Assembly (NCBI GenBank): GCA_965225855.1 | Contig: CBDDCK010000005.1 | Coordinates: forward strand, 1,088,001-1,152,000 | DNA from: Spirochaetia bacterium | GTDB lineage: Bacteria; Spirochaetota; Spirochaetia; SP-2023 | Direction: 5' to 3' | Length of the DNA stretch: 64,000 bases | Shown here: piece after piece, positions 19,724 to 29,271 of the stretch | How positions within the stretch are numbered: the first letter of the stretch is position 1 | Layout of the letters: the number at the start of each line of letters is the position of its first letter | Notes under the pieces: generated by a model | Seen by the model: only the letters and a program-made list of their open reading frames with translations | What the model was told of the DNA's origin: nothing | Database searches by the model: none | Translations under genes and position numbers: made by a program

Positions 19724-20830
19724 ATGAACAAAATTTTATACAAAAGCGGGGTTCTACTGTGTACCTTGGCTATTTTCATGGGCTGTATGACTACAGCCAA
19801 AGATTCTAGCTCGGAAAGCAAGAAAGAAGGTGCGTCTGAAGAAGAGATGATGATGCAGAAAATGCGAGAATACTACTCTGCAAAACCGTTTTACCACGAC
19901 AATCCAGAAGATGTGCAAGTGGTTTGGCAAGATGTCGATGCCTTTTGGGCTGCGGTAGATGCTGCCAAACAAGCCGATGGCAGCATTGATGAGGATATTT
20001 TTAATACTACGTACCGTGAAAAAAAGACGGGCATATTGGACAAACATTCAGAGTTCTTTTTTGGTTCCAAAGATACCATTTACCAGAATTATCCTTTCAT
20101 TGAATTTTATAGTACCTTTCGCGATTCTTTGACTGACAAGAGCATTTTAACGAGAGAAGCCTATATTTCTTACATGAAAAAGCTGCAAGAGTATTACCCA
20201 GAGGCAAAATTCCCCAATGCCTATTTTGCCATTGGCCGTATGAACCAAGGAGGTACAGCAACTCCGTTGGGTATATTCCTGTTTCCGGCACAGTTCCACA
20301 AGAATACAACTGCCGATATATCTAAACTAGGGGACTTAAAACCGAAAGAGTATCTGGAATATCTGGCAAAACAAAGTGCGAAAGATATGGCACTGGTAGC
20401 TATGCATGAGACAATACACTTCCAGCAAGTGTTAGTCGGCAAAGAAATTTTCTATAGAAAATTGCTAAATGTTGCTTTGATTGAAGGTACAGCAGAGTTT
20501 TTAAGCACACTAATTATGGGAAAATCATTGATTCTCAAAAATGAAATGATAGCTTCTTATGGCGAAGCCAATGAAGCCAAACTTTGGCAGCAATTTAAGA
20601 GAGATATGAAAACCAATAACATGAAGGCTTGGCTTTACAATGCCAATAATAACGATTTAGGCGATGTTCCTCCCGACTTGGGCTATTGGGTTGGCTTCCG
20701 CATAGCCAAAAGTTACTGGGACAACATGGCAGATAAGCAGCAAGCCTTCCGCGACATTTTGCTTTGGGGCGATGGCAATGAATTCTTAGAAAAATCGGGT
20801 TACGATGCGCTGCATTCTAAAAACAAGTAA
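19724..20830 (+). CDS. Lipoprotein B, putative Zn-metallopeptidase (DUF2268/GldB-like)
   Basis: Lipobox FMGC, HETIH (HExxH), EGTAEF, DLGYWVG; GGAG RBS. Confidence 0.8.
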   Translation: MNKILYKSGVLLCTLAIFMGCMTTAKDSSSESKKEGASEEEMMMQKMREYYSAKPFYHDNPEDVQVVWQDVDAFWAAVDAAKQADGSIDEDIFNTTYREKKTGILDKHSEFFFGSKDTIYQNYPFIEFYSTFRDSLTDKSILTREAYISYMKKLQEYYPEAKFPNAYFAIGRMNQGGTATPLGIFLFPAQFHKNTTADISKLGDLKPKEYLEYLAKQSAKDMALVAMHETIHFQQVLVGKEIFYRKLLNVALIEGTAEFLSTLIMGKSLILKNEMIASYGEANEAKLWQQFKRDMKTNNMKAWLYNANNNDLGDVPPDLGYWVGFRIAKSYWDNMADKQQAFRDILLWGDGNEFLEKSGYDALHSKNK

Positions 20831-20910
20831 TGGATTGAGCCCAAGCCCTACAGGAAATGTCCCATAACTAAGCGGGCAAGCAGCCCCAATAAACTAGCTA
20901 TTTTATAAAT

Positions 20911-21010
20911 GCAGCCTTGGTATTTTGAGAATACCAAGGCTGCAAATTTTTTTATTAACTTGCTAAAAAAATTTATTAAGGCTGTAAAATTTTTTAGCAA
21001 GGCTGCATTT
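20911..21010. repeat. Intergenic hairpin plus 21-bp phased element, copy 4
   Basis: Perfect GCAGCCTTGGTATT-TTGAG-AATACCAAGGCTGC; hexamers at 20936, 20957, 20978 and 20999. Confidence 0.9.
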
Positions 21011-21242
21011 ACTGGGTAGCAATGGGGTAGCTGGAAAATTCAATAAAGGTTTGGCCAATTCCCATAAGAAAATTGGCTAATGCCAAGGCTTGGCTGCCAA
21101 TATATAGCCTAGGTAATTGCTTTTTTACAATAAAGGTTTGGCCCAGTGGCTAGTATGCCACAACCTTAGATAAATTTGGTAGAGGCATTATAAAAGAGAT
21201 AGATTTTTTATTTTTAGATACTTGGCTATAATTCGGGATTTT

Positions 21243-21614
21243 TTATATTTTTTTCACTAAATCATCAACTTGTACACCATCAAACGAAATAGCATTTTCC
21301 TCAATATTTCGATTACCATAAACATCATAAGGATAAATAGACAACAAAGATTTTAAATTTTTATGATTATCTTTTCGTATCTTAAACCCAAAACTTTCAA
21401 GAGTGGCGATTTTATCCTGAATATGATAAGGCCTTGCCATACCTTTTTTTATTTCTAAAGTACCTAAGTCTTCATTTGTATCAGGGTCAATAATTCTTTC
21501 GCCTTCGTCAAAAATTAAAAATCTATCGGAAGATTCTATACCTTGCTTAGAGCCAGCATTGATAACCACTCTTCTACCATTATCTAGCACTTTCAGGACT
21601 TTAAAACATTCCAT
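21243..21614 (-). CDS. Hypothetical beta-barrel protein (FlgT C-terminal-like)
   Basis: VVINAGSKQGI...GERIIDPDTNEDLGTLE...QDKIA pattern; RBS AGGAG lies in the 3' end of the upstream gene. Confidence 0.6.
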   Translation of the reverse strand: MECFKVLKVLDNGRRVVINAGSKQGIESSDRFLIFDEGERIIDPDTNEDLGTLEIKKGMARPYHIQDKIATLESFGFKIRKDNHKNLKSLLSIYPYDVYGNRNIEENAISFDGVQVDDLVKKI

Positions 21615-21616
21615 AC

Positions 21617-22096
21617 CTAATCTCCTTCTTCTTTTATAACTTTATATATCTCATGAGGAATACTGGGCTTTAATATTATTCTATTTTTGTTTCTCTTTAA
21701 ATCTTCTTCTGTAATTCCATCTTTTAGGCCTAAGATAGAAATTTGTAGTTTATTTTTTTGTGTGATTATTTCAACATAACCATAGCCTATAAATTCTTCT
21801 ATCTCTTCAACAAGATATAAGGAAACTAAGGTATCGTAAGAAAATAAATCAGAATTATCAAATATTAATCTTTCAGATTGAATTGCTTTTAATTTAGGAA
21901 GTAAAACTTTTCTATCTATCTTTACCATAATAATAATATTTTGTAATAGAAAAAGAATCGTGAACATCATTGGGAATAACCAAATAAAAAACGTGGTAAC
22001 ATTGATTGTGTCATCTTTTTCAAAATACCAAAAAGCAAAGCTAATGCCTAAGACTGTTATCAAAGCATAAAAAAACTCAAATATCTTTTTCATCAT
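21617..22096 (-). CDS. Hypothetical membrane protein, two N-terminal TM helices plus soluble domain
   Basis: Two hydrophobic segments after MMKKIFE, AT-rich, ends 2 nt before the next gene. Start moved to the ATG at 22096. Confidence 0.65.
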   Translation of the reverse strand: MMKKIFEFFYALITVLGISFAFWYFEKDDTINVTTFFIWLFPMMFTILFLLQNIIIMVKIDRKVLLPKLKAIQSERLIFDNSDLFSYDTLVSLYLVEEIEEFIGYGYVEIITQKNKLQISILGLKDGITEEDLKRNKNRIILKPSIPHEIYKVIKEEGD

Positions 22097-22257
22097 ACAC
22101 AAGCAATACCTTGGCCTAATAACTCGAAAATGGCCATCTTTATATAATATTTGTTTGCCATTGTCTATAAGCAATAATGTAATTTTTCTATTAAGAGCGA
22201 GAACTATGCAACATAGCCTTGCATTTAGTCAATTTTCTATTTAGCTTTGCTCCCTTT

Positions 22258-22355
22258 CAGCCTTGGTATTTTGAAAATGCCAAGGCTGGAAATTTTTTTA
22301 TTAAGGCTACAATAAAATTTATTAAGGCTGTAAAATTTTTTATCAAGTTGGCTTT
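22258..22355. repeat. Intergenic hairpin plus 21-bp phased element, copy 5
   Basis: CAGCCTTGGTATTTTGAAAATGCCAAGGCTG; hexamers at 22282, 22303, 22324 and 22345. Confidence 0.9.
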
Positions 22356-22562
22356 TTCTGGGTTGCAATGGGGTAGCTGGAAAATTCAATAAGTGTTTTA
22401 CCCTGTTCCTAGCTTGCAACAACTGTTCACAAAATTTTCACAAGCTAGTTATAAAATCTATTATAAAGTATCTAAACAAGGGTTTGCTTACTTGTATCTA
22501 AGGTTTTAATCCTTTAAAATGGGCTAGCGCACATAGCGTAATACAACAAATAGGAGTTCTAT

Positions 22563-23669
22563 ATGAACAAAATTTTATACAAAAGCGGGGTACTGCTGTG
22601 TACCTTGGCTATTTTCATGGGCTGTATGACTACAGCCAAAAGTTCTAGCTCGGAGAGCAAGAAAGAAGGTGATGTGTCTGAAGCACAGATGGCGCAGAAA
22701 ATTAAAGATTTCTATTCTGCAAAACCTGTTTACCACGACAATCCAGAAGATGTGCAGGTGATATGGCATGATTTTGATGCTTTTTGGGCTGCGGTAGATG
22801 CAGCCAAACAAGCCGATGGCAGCTATAACGAGCAAATTTTCTATGATAGTTATTTGGCCAATAAAAGCGGGGATTTAGATTCATATTCCGAAATTTTTTA
22901 CGGTAGCAAGGACGGAATGTACCAAAACTATCCTTTAATACCATTTTATCAAAGTTTTCGCTCCGCCCTTGGCGATAAGTCTATTTTTGATAAGCAAGTA
23001 TACATTGCCCATTTAAACAAGCTGAAAGAATATTACCCAGAGGCAAAATTCCCCAATGTTCACTTTCATATTGGCCATATGAAACAAGGAGGAACTGCTG
23101 TTCCGTTAGGCCTAATCTTAGGTCCCGAGGTGTTCCAAAAAGATACCAGTGCCGATTATTCTAAACTCGATGGCAAATTGGCAAAAATAGGCCCTGATTA
23201 TTTTGGCACTAGGCCCCGTACAAATCTGGAGCTTCTTACTATCCACGAATTAATGCACTTTCAGCAGCAATTGGTCAAGGATATGACTGTAAGTTATTTT
23301 AATCGAGATTTGTTATATACCAGCTTAATAGAAGGTACAGCAGAGTTTTTAAGTTACGTTATCACAGGGGAAGCATCTATGATTCAGATGACACAAGCGT
23401 ATGGCGAAGCCAATGAAACCGAGTTATGGCACAAGTTTAAGGAAGACCGCAAGGCTGGCAACCGAGTCGCTTGGCTTTACAATGCAACTAAAGATAGAGG
23501 CGGTGTTCCTGCCGATATGGGCTATTGGGTTGGCTTCCGCATAGCCAAAAGTTACTGGGACAATATGGCAGATAAGCAGCAAGCCTTCCGCGACATTTTG
23601 CTTTGGGACGATGCCGATGAGTTCTTAGAAAAATCGGGTTACGATGCGCTGCATTCTAAAAACAAGTAA
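22563..23669 (+). CDS. Lipoprotein B2, putative Zn-metallopeptidase, paralogue of 19724-20830
   Basis: Same signal peptide, HELMH, EGTAEF and near-identical C-terminus. Confidence 0.8.
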   Translation: MNKILYKSGVLLCTLAIFMGCMTTAKSSSSESKKEGDVSEAQMAQKIKDFYSAKPVYHDNPEDVQVIWHDFDAFWAAVDAAKQADGSYNEQIFYDSYLANKSGDLDSYSEIFYGSKDGMYQNYPLIPFYQSFRSALGDKSIFDKQVYIAHLNKLKEYYPEAKFPNVHFHIGHMKQGGTAVPLGLILGPEVFQKDTSADYSKLDGKLAKIGPDYFGTRPRTNLELLTIHELMHFQQQLVKDMTVSYFNRDLLYTSLIEGTAEFLSYVITGEASMIQMTQAYGEANETELWHKFKEDRKAGNRVAWLYNATKDRGGVPADMGYWVGFRIAKSYWDNMADKQQAFRDILLWDDADEFLEKSGYDALHSKNK

Positions 23670-23750
23670 TGGATTGAGCCCAAGCCCTACAGGAAATGTC
23701 CCATAACTAAGCGGGCAAACAGCCCCAATAAACTAGCTATTTTATAATTC

Positions 23751-23849
23751 CAGCCTTGGTATTTTGAGAATGCCAAGGCTGTAAATTTTTTTATTAAGGC
23801 TGTAAAAAAATTTATTAAGGCTGTAAAATTTTTTATCAAGGCTGCTTTT
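23751..23849. repeat. Intergenic hairpin plus 21-bp phased element, copy 6
   Basis: AAGGCT at 23775, 23796, 23817 and 23838 after the hairpin. Confidence 0.9.
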
Positions 23850-23983
23850 ACTTAGTAGCAATGGGGCAGAGCAAAAATTAAGTAGGGAATGGGCTTGAAT
23901 AAAGCGATACATAGCTTTATATATTGGCAAAAATTTTGCATTAGATACTTGCCGAAAATTATAAAAACTATTATGCTAGACCA

Positions 23984-24676
23984 ATGGAACCATTAGAAAA
24001 ATCTTCTAGCGATGTAGTGGTAATCAAAGACATAGTAGAAAGCCTTTTAAAACAAACGCTAGCCAAGGAAATCCAATACCATCTTCGCAATCAATTGGCC
24101 GAGCAACAGGCCTTGCAAGCCAGCAGAAAAATACAAGAAAAGCCCGAATCGTTGAATAATATCTATGACCACCAGCTTTTTGAGCGTATGGTGCGGGTAG
24201 AAGAAGAGCTAAAACAAAACCAAGTAATACTGAAAGCGTTTATGCAGCAAATGGACAAACGCTTTGAAACTGTGCAGCAAAGCTTTGAAACAATGCAGCA
24301 AAACATAGACAAGCGTCTTGATATAATGCAGCAAAACATGGATAAACGCTTTGAGCAAGTGGATAAACGCTTTGAAACAATGCAGCAAAACATAGACAAG
24401 CGTCTTGATATAATGCAGCAAAATATGGATAAACGCTTTGAGCAAGTGGATAAACGCTTTGAAACAATGCAGCAAAACATGGATAAACGCCTTGAACAAG
24501 TGGATAAGCGTTTTGAACAAGTGGACAAACGCTTTGAAACAATGCAGCAAAGTATGGATAAACGCTTTGAAACAATGCAGCAAAACATAGACAAGCGCTT
24601 TTTGATGCTGCAATGGTTTATGGGTATTGGCTTTGGCCTAATTATTGGCATCTTGGGCTTGCTGAAACTTTCATAA
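23984..24676 (+). CDS. Bdr/DUF1640-like coiled-coil membrane protein (230 aa)
   Basis: 7-aa and 11-aa DKRFE repeats, C-terminal TM helix. Confidence 0.8.
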   Translation: MEPLEKSSSDVVVIKDIVESLLKQTLAKEIQYHLRNQLAEQQALQASRKIQEKPESLNNIYDHQLFERMVRVEEELKQNQVILKAFMQQMDKRFETVQQSFETMQQNIDKRLDIMQQNMDKRFEQVDKRFETMQQNIDKRLDIMQQNMDKRFEQVDKRFETMQQNMDKRLEQVDKRFEQVDKRFETMQQSMDKRFETMQQNIDKRFLMLQWFMGIGFGLIIGILGLLKLS

Positions 24677-24834
24677 CTCAATAATCATTTTGCTATGTTA
24701 TTTAGGTGTATCTGTATAGTGAAGTTCTGTTTGTCTACTTAGTATAGGTAATATATAAATATGGATTGGGCATAAGCCCGCCAGGTAATTCCCCATAATA
24801 TAAGCGGGCAAATAAACTAGCTATTTGGTAAATA

Positions 24835-24932
24835 CAGCCTTGGTATTTTGAGAATACCAAGGCTGCAAATTTTTTTATTAACTTGCTAAAAAAATTTATT
24901 AAGGCTGTAAAATTTTTTATCAAGTTGGCTTT
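24835..24932. repeat. Intergenic hairpin plus 21-bp phased element, copy 7
   Basis: Hairpin plus hexamers at 24859, 24880, 24901 and 24922. Confidence 0.9.
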
Positions 24933-25067
24933 TACTTAGTAGCAATGGGGCAGAGCAAAAATTAAGTAGGGAATGGGCTTGAATAAAGCGATACATAGCT
25001 TTATATATTGGCAAAAATTTTGCATTAGATACTTGCCGAAAATTATAAAAACTATTATGCTAGACCA

Positions 25068-25673
25068 ATGGAACCATTAGAAAAATCTTCTAGCGATGTA
25101 GTGGTAATCAAAGACATAGTAGAAAGCCTTTTAAAACAAACGCTAGCCAAGGAAATCCAATACCATCTTCGCAATCAATTGGCCGAGCAACAGGCCTTGC
25201 AAGCCAGCAGAAAAATACAAGAAAAGCCCGAATCGTCTAACAATATCTATGACCACCAGCTTTTTGAGCGTATGGTGCGGGTAGAAGAAGAGCTAAAACA
25301 AAACCAAGTAATACTGAAAGCGTTTATGCAGCAAATGGACAAACGCTTTGAAATTGTGCAGCAAAGCTTTGAAACAATGCAGCAAAACATAGACAAGCGT
25401 CTTGATATAATGCAGCAAAACATGGATAAACGCTTTGAGCAAATGGATAAACGCTTTGAAACAATGCAGCAAAACATGGATAAACGCCTTGAACAAGTGG
25501 ATAAGCGTTTTGAACAAGTGGACAAACGCTTTGAAACAATGCAGCAAAGTATGGATAAACGCTTTGAAACAATGCAGCAAAACATAGACAAGCGCTTTTT
25601 GATGCTGCAATGGTTTATAGGTATTGGCTTTGGCCTAATTATTGGCATCTTGGGCTTGCTGAAACTTTCATAA
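25068..25673 (+). CDS. Bdr/DUF1640-like coiled-coil membrane protein (201 aa)
   Basis: Recent tandem duplicate of the 23984 gene (offset 1084 bp) with fewer repeats. Confidence 0.8.
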   Translation: MEPLEKSSSDVVVIKDIVESLLKQTLAKEIQYHLRNQLAEQQALQASRKIQEKPESSNNIYDHQLFERMVRVEEELKQNQVILKAFMQQMDKRFEIVQQSFETMQQNIDKRLDIMQQNMDKRFEQMDKRFETMQQNMDKRLEQVDKRFEQVDKRFETMQQSMDKRFETMQQNIDKRFLMLQWFIGIGFGLIIGILGLLKLS

Positions 25674-25831
25674 CTCAATAATCATTTTGCTATGTTATTT
25701 AGGTGTATCTGTATAGTGAAGTTCTGTTTGTCTACTTAGTATAGGTAATATATAAATATGGATTGGGCATAAGCCCGCCAGGTAATTCCCCATAATATAA
25801 GCGGGCAAATAAACTAGCTATTTGGTAAATA

Positions 25832-25929
25832 CAGCCTTGGTATTTTGAGAATACCAAGGCTGCAAATTTTTTTATTAACTTGCTAAAAAAATTTATTAAG
25901 GCTGTAAAATTTTTTATCAAGTTGGCTTT
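25832..25929. repeat. Intergenic hairpin plus 21-bp phased element, copy 8
   Basis: Same as copy 7; hexamers at 25856, 25877, 25898 and 25919. Confidence 0.9.
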
Positions 25930-26161
25930 TACTTAGTAGCAATGGGGCAGAGCAAAAATTAAGTAGGGCAGTGCCTTTGGGCAACAAAGTTGATTATAGC
26001 TGGCTGGTTGGCAACAACTTTGGTAAGGCTAGCTAAAAAGTAATATAGTGCTAGGTTTTAAAATATTAATTTACGAGCAAATGCTATTGCCTATAATCTT
26101 TGTATAGGTATACTCGATTGCAAATGAAATTGGCACATGGTAGTTAGGAGATTGGCAATTG

Positions 26162-27421
26162 ATGGCTGACGATTCTAGTGGCTCTAGCAAGATATGGCCT
26201 GTGGCTGGTGGCCATATTTGCAGCCCCAAAGGTTTTTTTGCCGATGGTGTTGCTGCTGGTTTGCGCCCAGCTACGCCAGAAAGGTTGGACTTAGCGGTGT
26301 TGTATTCACAGCAGCTAGCTAATGCTGCCGGTGTGTTTACTCAAAATTTGTTCTGTGCTGCGCCTGTAATTGTTAGCCGCAATGCTCTACACAAACAGGG
26401 AAAGTTGCAGGCGTTGCTGTGCAACAGTGGCCAGGCCAATGCGGGTACGGGTGAACAGGGCCTAGAGCTATCGTATTGGAAACAACAGATTTTGCAGCAA
26501 AGGCTGCAGCTTGCCGAGCCTCATCATGCTGCGGTGATGTCCACAGGGGTGATTGGCGAGATTCCCGACCAGCAAAAAATTGCCCAGGGCCTAGAAAAAA
26601 TCCAGCTAGCTAGCGATGCTGCGGCAGCCCAACGGTTTAGCCAAGCTATTTTGACCACGGATACTTGCACGAAGAACAGCTGCTACCGTTTGCAAATAGA
26701 TGGGCAAATGGTAACTTTGGCGGGCAGTGCCAAGGGTTCGGGCATGATTCATCCGAATATGGCAACCATGCTAGCGTTTATTTGCACCGATGCTGTGGTT
26801 GAGCCGGTGTTTTTGCAAAAATTATTGCGCTCTAGCGTAGAGCGTTCGTTCAACCGCATTAGTGTCGATGGCGATACTTCAACCAATGATACCGTATTGA
26901 TTTTTGCCAATGGTTTAGCGGGCAACCAATTGCTAGAGCAAAGCCACCCTCAATGGCAGGTTTTTCAACAAGCGCTAGAGCATTTGTGTTGCGATTTGGC
27001 CAAGGCTATTGTCCGCGATGGTGAGGGTGCTAGCAAATTTATTGAAGTGGAAGTAGTGGGTGCTCCAACCGAACAAGATGCGGCGTTGTGTGCTCGGCAT
27101 GTGGTTTCATCAAACTTATTTAAAGTGGCGATGTTTGGTGAAGATATGAATTGGGGGCGGATTGCTTGCGCTGTAGGTAACAGCGGGGCCAATATCTCCA
27201 CCGAAAAGCTTAGCATTAGCGTTGGTAAAGCCACCGATACAATTTGTGTGTTGGCTTGTAACCGCCCACAGAACTTTAGTGAACAATGGGCTAGCCGGTT
27301 GTTAGCGCAGGCAGAAATTTATATTTGCATTGATTTGCACCAAGGGTTAAGTACGGCAACGGCTTGGGGCAGCGATTTATCCTTGGATTATGTGCGTATC
27401 AATGCCGACAAGCGTTCTTAA
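26162..27421 (+). CDS. argJ: Bifunctional ornithine acetyltransferase / N-acetylglutamate synthase
   Basis: NSGQANAGTG, ILTTDT, KGSGMIHPNMATML, VDGDTSTND and DGEGA motifs. Confidence 0.96.
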   Translation: MADDSSGSSKIWPVAGGHICSPKGFFADGVAAGLRPATPERLDLAVLYSQQLANAAGVFTQNLFCAAPVIVSRNALHKQGKLQALLCNSGQANAGTGEQGLELSYWKQQILQQRLQLAEPHHAAVMSTGVIGEIPDQQKIAQGLEKIQLASDAAAAQRFSQAILTTDTCTKNSCYRLQIDGQMVTLAGSAKGSGMIHPNMATMLAFICTDAVVEPVFLQKLLRSSVERSFNRISVDGDTSTNDTVLIFANGLAGNQLLEQSHPQWQVFQQALEHLCCDLAKAIVRDGEGASKFIEVEVVGAPTEQDAALCARHVVSSNLFKVAMFGEDMNWGRIACAVGNSGANISTEKLSISVGKATDTICVLACNRPQNFSEQWASRLLAQAEIYICIDLHQGLSTATAWGSDLSLDYVRINADKRS

Positions 27422-27452
27422 AAAATATAATTCAAGCTATAAGAGATGATAG

Positions 27453-27689
27453 ATGAAAACAATAACTTGTAAAAGTCTTGGTGGGGCTTGTGATAAAGAG
27501 TTTACGGTAAACACGTTTGACGAGCTGGTAGAACAGCTAAAAGCCCACGGTATGGAAATGTTTATGGCCCAGGAACCAGCCCATATGGGCCTGGCCCAAC
27601 AGATAATCGAGCTGATGCAAGACCCGCTAAAAATGCAGCAATTTTATGAAGAAAAGCGAAAGTTGTTCGAGCAGCTACCTTCTAACTAA
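27453..27689 (+). CDS. DUF1059-like small metal-binding protein
   Basis: MKTITCKSLGGACD...H pattern. Confidence 0.7.
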   Translation: MKTITCKSLGGACDKEFTVNTFDELVEQLKAHGMEMFMAQEPAHMGLAQQIIELMQDPLKMQQFYEEKRKLFEQLPSN

Positions 27690-27693
27690 GCAA

Positions 27694-29271
27694 TTACAAA
27701 CCGCAAGCCCGAAAGAAACGCTGCCAAGTTTCCAAGTTACCGAGTGTGGCGCAGTGGCGCAAACCTTCTACAAATACGTGTGCGATTTGTTGTTGTAAAA
27801 AGCCTTGGAGCCCGGTTTTTTGGTTGGTTTGTAATTGCTTGGGCAGCTTACTTTGCAGGCGATAAAGCCAAGGTAGATGTTGTTGCAATGCAAGCTCATC
27901 GTCTTGGGCTTGCCCTTGTAAATAAGCGGCCATCAGTTGCATTTCTTGTTTTAGTCGGCCTGGCAAAATGGCTAAACCCATTACTTCAATTAAACCGATG
28001 TTTTCTTTTTTTATGTGGTGTATTTCTGCGTGCGGGTGGAAAATGCCGAAAGGGTGGTTTTCATTACAGCGATTGTTGCGCAGCACTAAGAAAAATTCAT
28101 AGACTCTGCCTGTCCAGCGCACGATAGGGGTAATGGTATTATGTGGTATTGGGTTGCCACCATCAGGGCTATCACTTTGGGCCAATATTTGAATACTTTG
28201 ATCTGAATATCTGCGCCAAGATTCGAGGATTTGGCAAGCCAAATCTAGTAACGGTTCTGTATTATTGGCCCCACAGCTAAGCTTAATGCAAGACATGGGC
28301 CATTGTAAAATTTCAATTTTCATCTTGGCTTTTAGTTGTTTTGTGCTTGCTATCATTTCTTCCATAGAAAATAATACAGCAGCGCGAAACATAGGGAATT
28401 GGTAACAGCCGGCTTGAAAATGGTGGTGGCTTAGTATCGAACCCCCAACAATCGGCAAGTCGGCATTCGAGCCAACCATGTAATGGGGAAACTGGCGTAT
28501 AAAATCAAACAATTCGGCAAAGGCTTCTCGGTTGATTTGCATGGGCTTATGTTCTTTGGAAAGCAATATACTGTGTTCTGGATAGTAGAGATACGGTGAA
28601 TATTGCAGAGCAAAATCTTTGCCATTGAGTTGCAATTCTACCACTCGGTGGTTGAAACGCGGCGGCCAAGACAAATGCCCTGGGTAGCCTTCGTTTTCAA
28701 TGCACAAAACACACTGGGGGTAACCACTGTTTTTGTTTTGGCTAGCCGCTACAATAGCCTTAGGGTCTTTTTCCGGCTTGGATAAATTGATGGTAATCTC
28801 TAACTCAATGCCATCGCAGTTGCTATGCCAAGATAGATTTTGAGCTAGACGATCATTGCGAATATAAGCTGCATGCTGTGATATTTGGTAGAAAAAATCT
28901 GTAGCATTCTTAGACCCCTGCTTATTGTATAATTGCCAAAAATGCTGCTCTAACGTACTAGCCAATGGCATGAGTTGGCCCAATAAATTCCCCAAAAACA
29001 AATCCATTTCGCTAACGCTGTTAGCGTCATATAAGCGCTGCAGCGCAGCCCAATCGAGCAATGGCTGTACTAAACTGTAAATATCTGTGTTATCATCTTC
29101 ATAAGCTATTGGCTTATTTTGTCCATCACTACCTGCTAATTGTAAAAATAAATAAAGGCGCCCACGCGCTACCAAACGGTCGCGAGAATGTAAAAGTAAA
29201 TGTTTTTGGGCAAAGTCCAACAAAGCCTCAATATTTTGGTAAATATCTGGCATCGTATTCTCAACATTCAT
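27694..29271 (-). CDS. galT: Galactose-1-phosphate uridylyltransferase (class II)
   Basis: ITINLSKPEKDP, YPQCVLCIENEGY, QYSPY, GSNADLPIVGGSILSH and HHIKKENIGLIEVMG motifs; overlaps the end of galK. Confidence 0.95.
   Translation of the reverse strand: MNVENTMPDIYQNIEALLDFAQKHLLLHSRDRLVARGRLYLFLQLAGSDGQNKPIAYEDDNTDIYSLVQPLLDWAALQRLYDANSVSEMDLFLGNLLGQLMPLASTLEQHFWQLYNKQGSKNATDFFYQISQHAAYIRNDRLAQNLSWHSNCDGIELEITINLSKPEKDPKAIVAASQNKNSGYPQCVLCIENEGYPGHLSWPPRFNHRVVELQLNGKDFALQYSPYLYYPEHSILLSKEHKPMQINREAFAELFDFIRQFPHYMVGSNADLPIVGGSILSHHHFQAGCYQFPMFRAAVLFSMEEMIASTKQLKAKMKIEILQWPMSCIKLSCGANNTEPLLDLACQILESWRRYSDQSIQILAQSDSPDGGNPIPHNTITPIVRWTGRVYEFFLVLRNNRCNENHPFGIFHPHAEIHHIKKENIGLIEVMGLAILPGRLKQEMQLMAAYLQGQAQDDELALQQHLPWLYRLQSKLPKQLQTNQKTGLQGFLQQQIAHVFVEGLRHCATLGNLETWQRFFRACGL

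Noticed and set aside
15724..25929. Element as integron attC sites or as CRISPR mini-arrays
   Set aside because: No RYYYAAC/GTTRRRY boxes, no integrase in the window, and the fillers are low-complexity A/T tracts rather than unique spacers.
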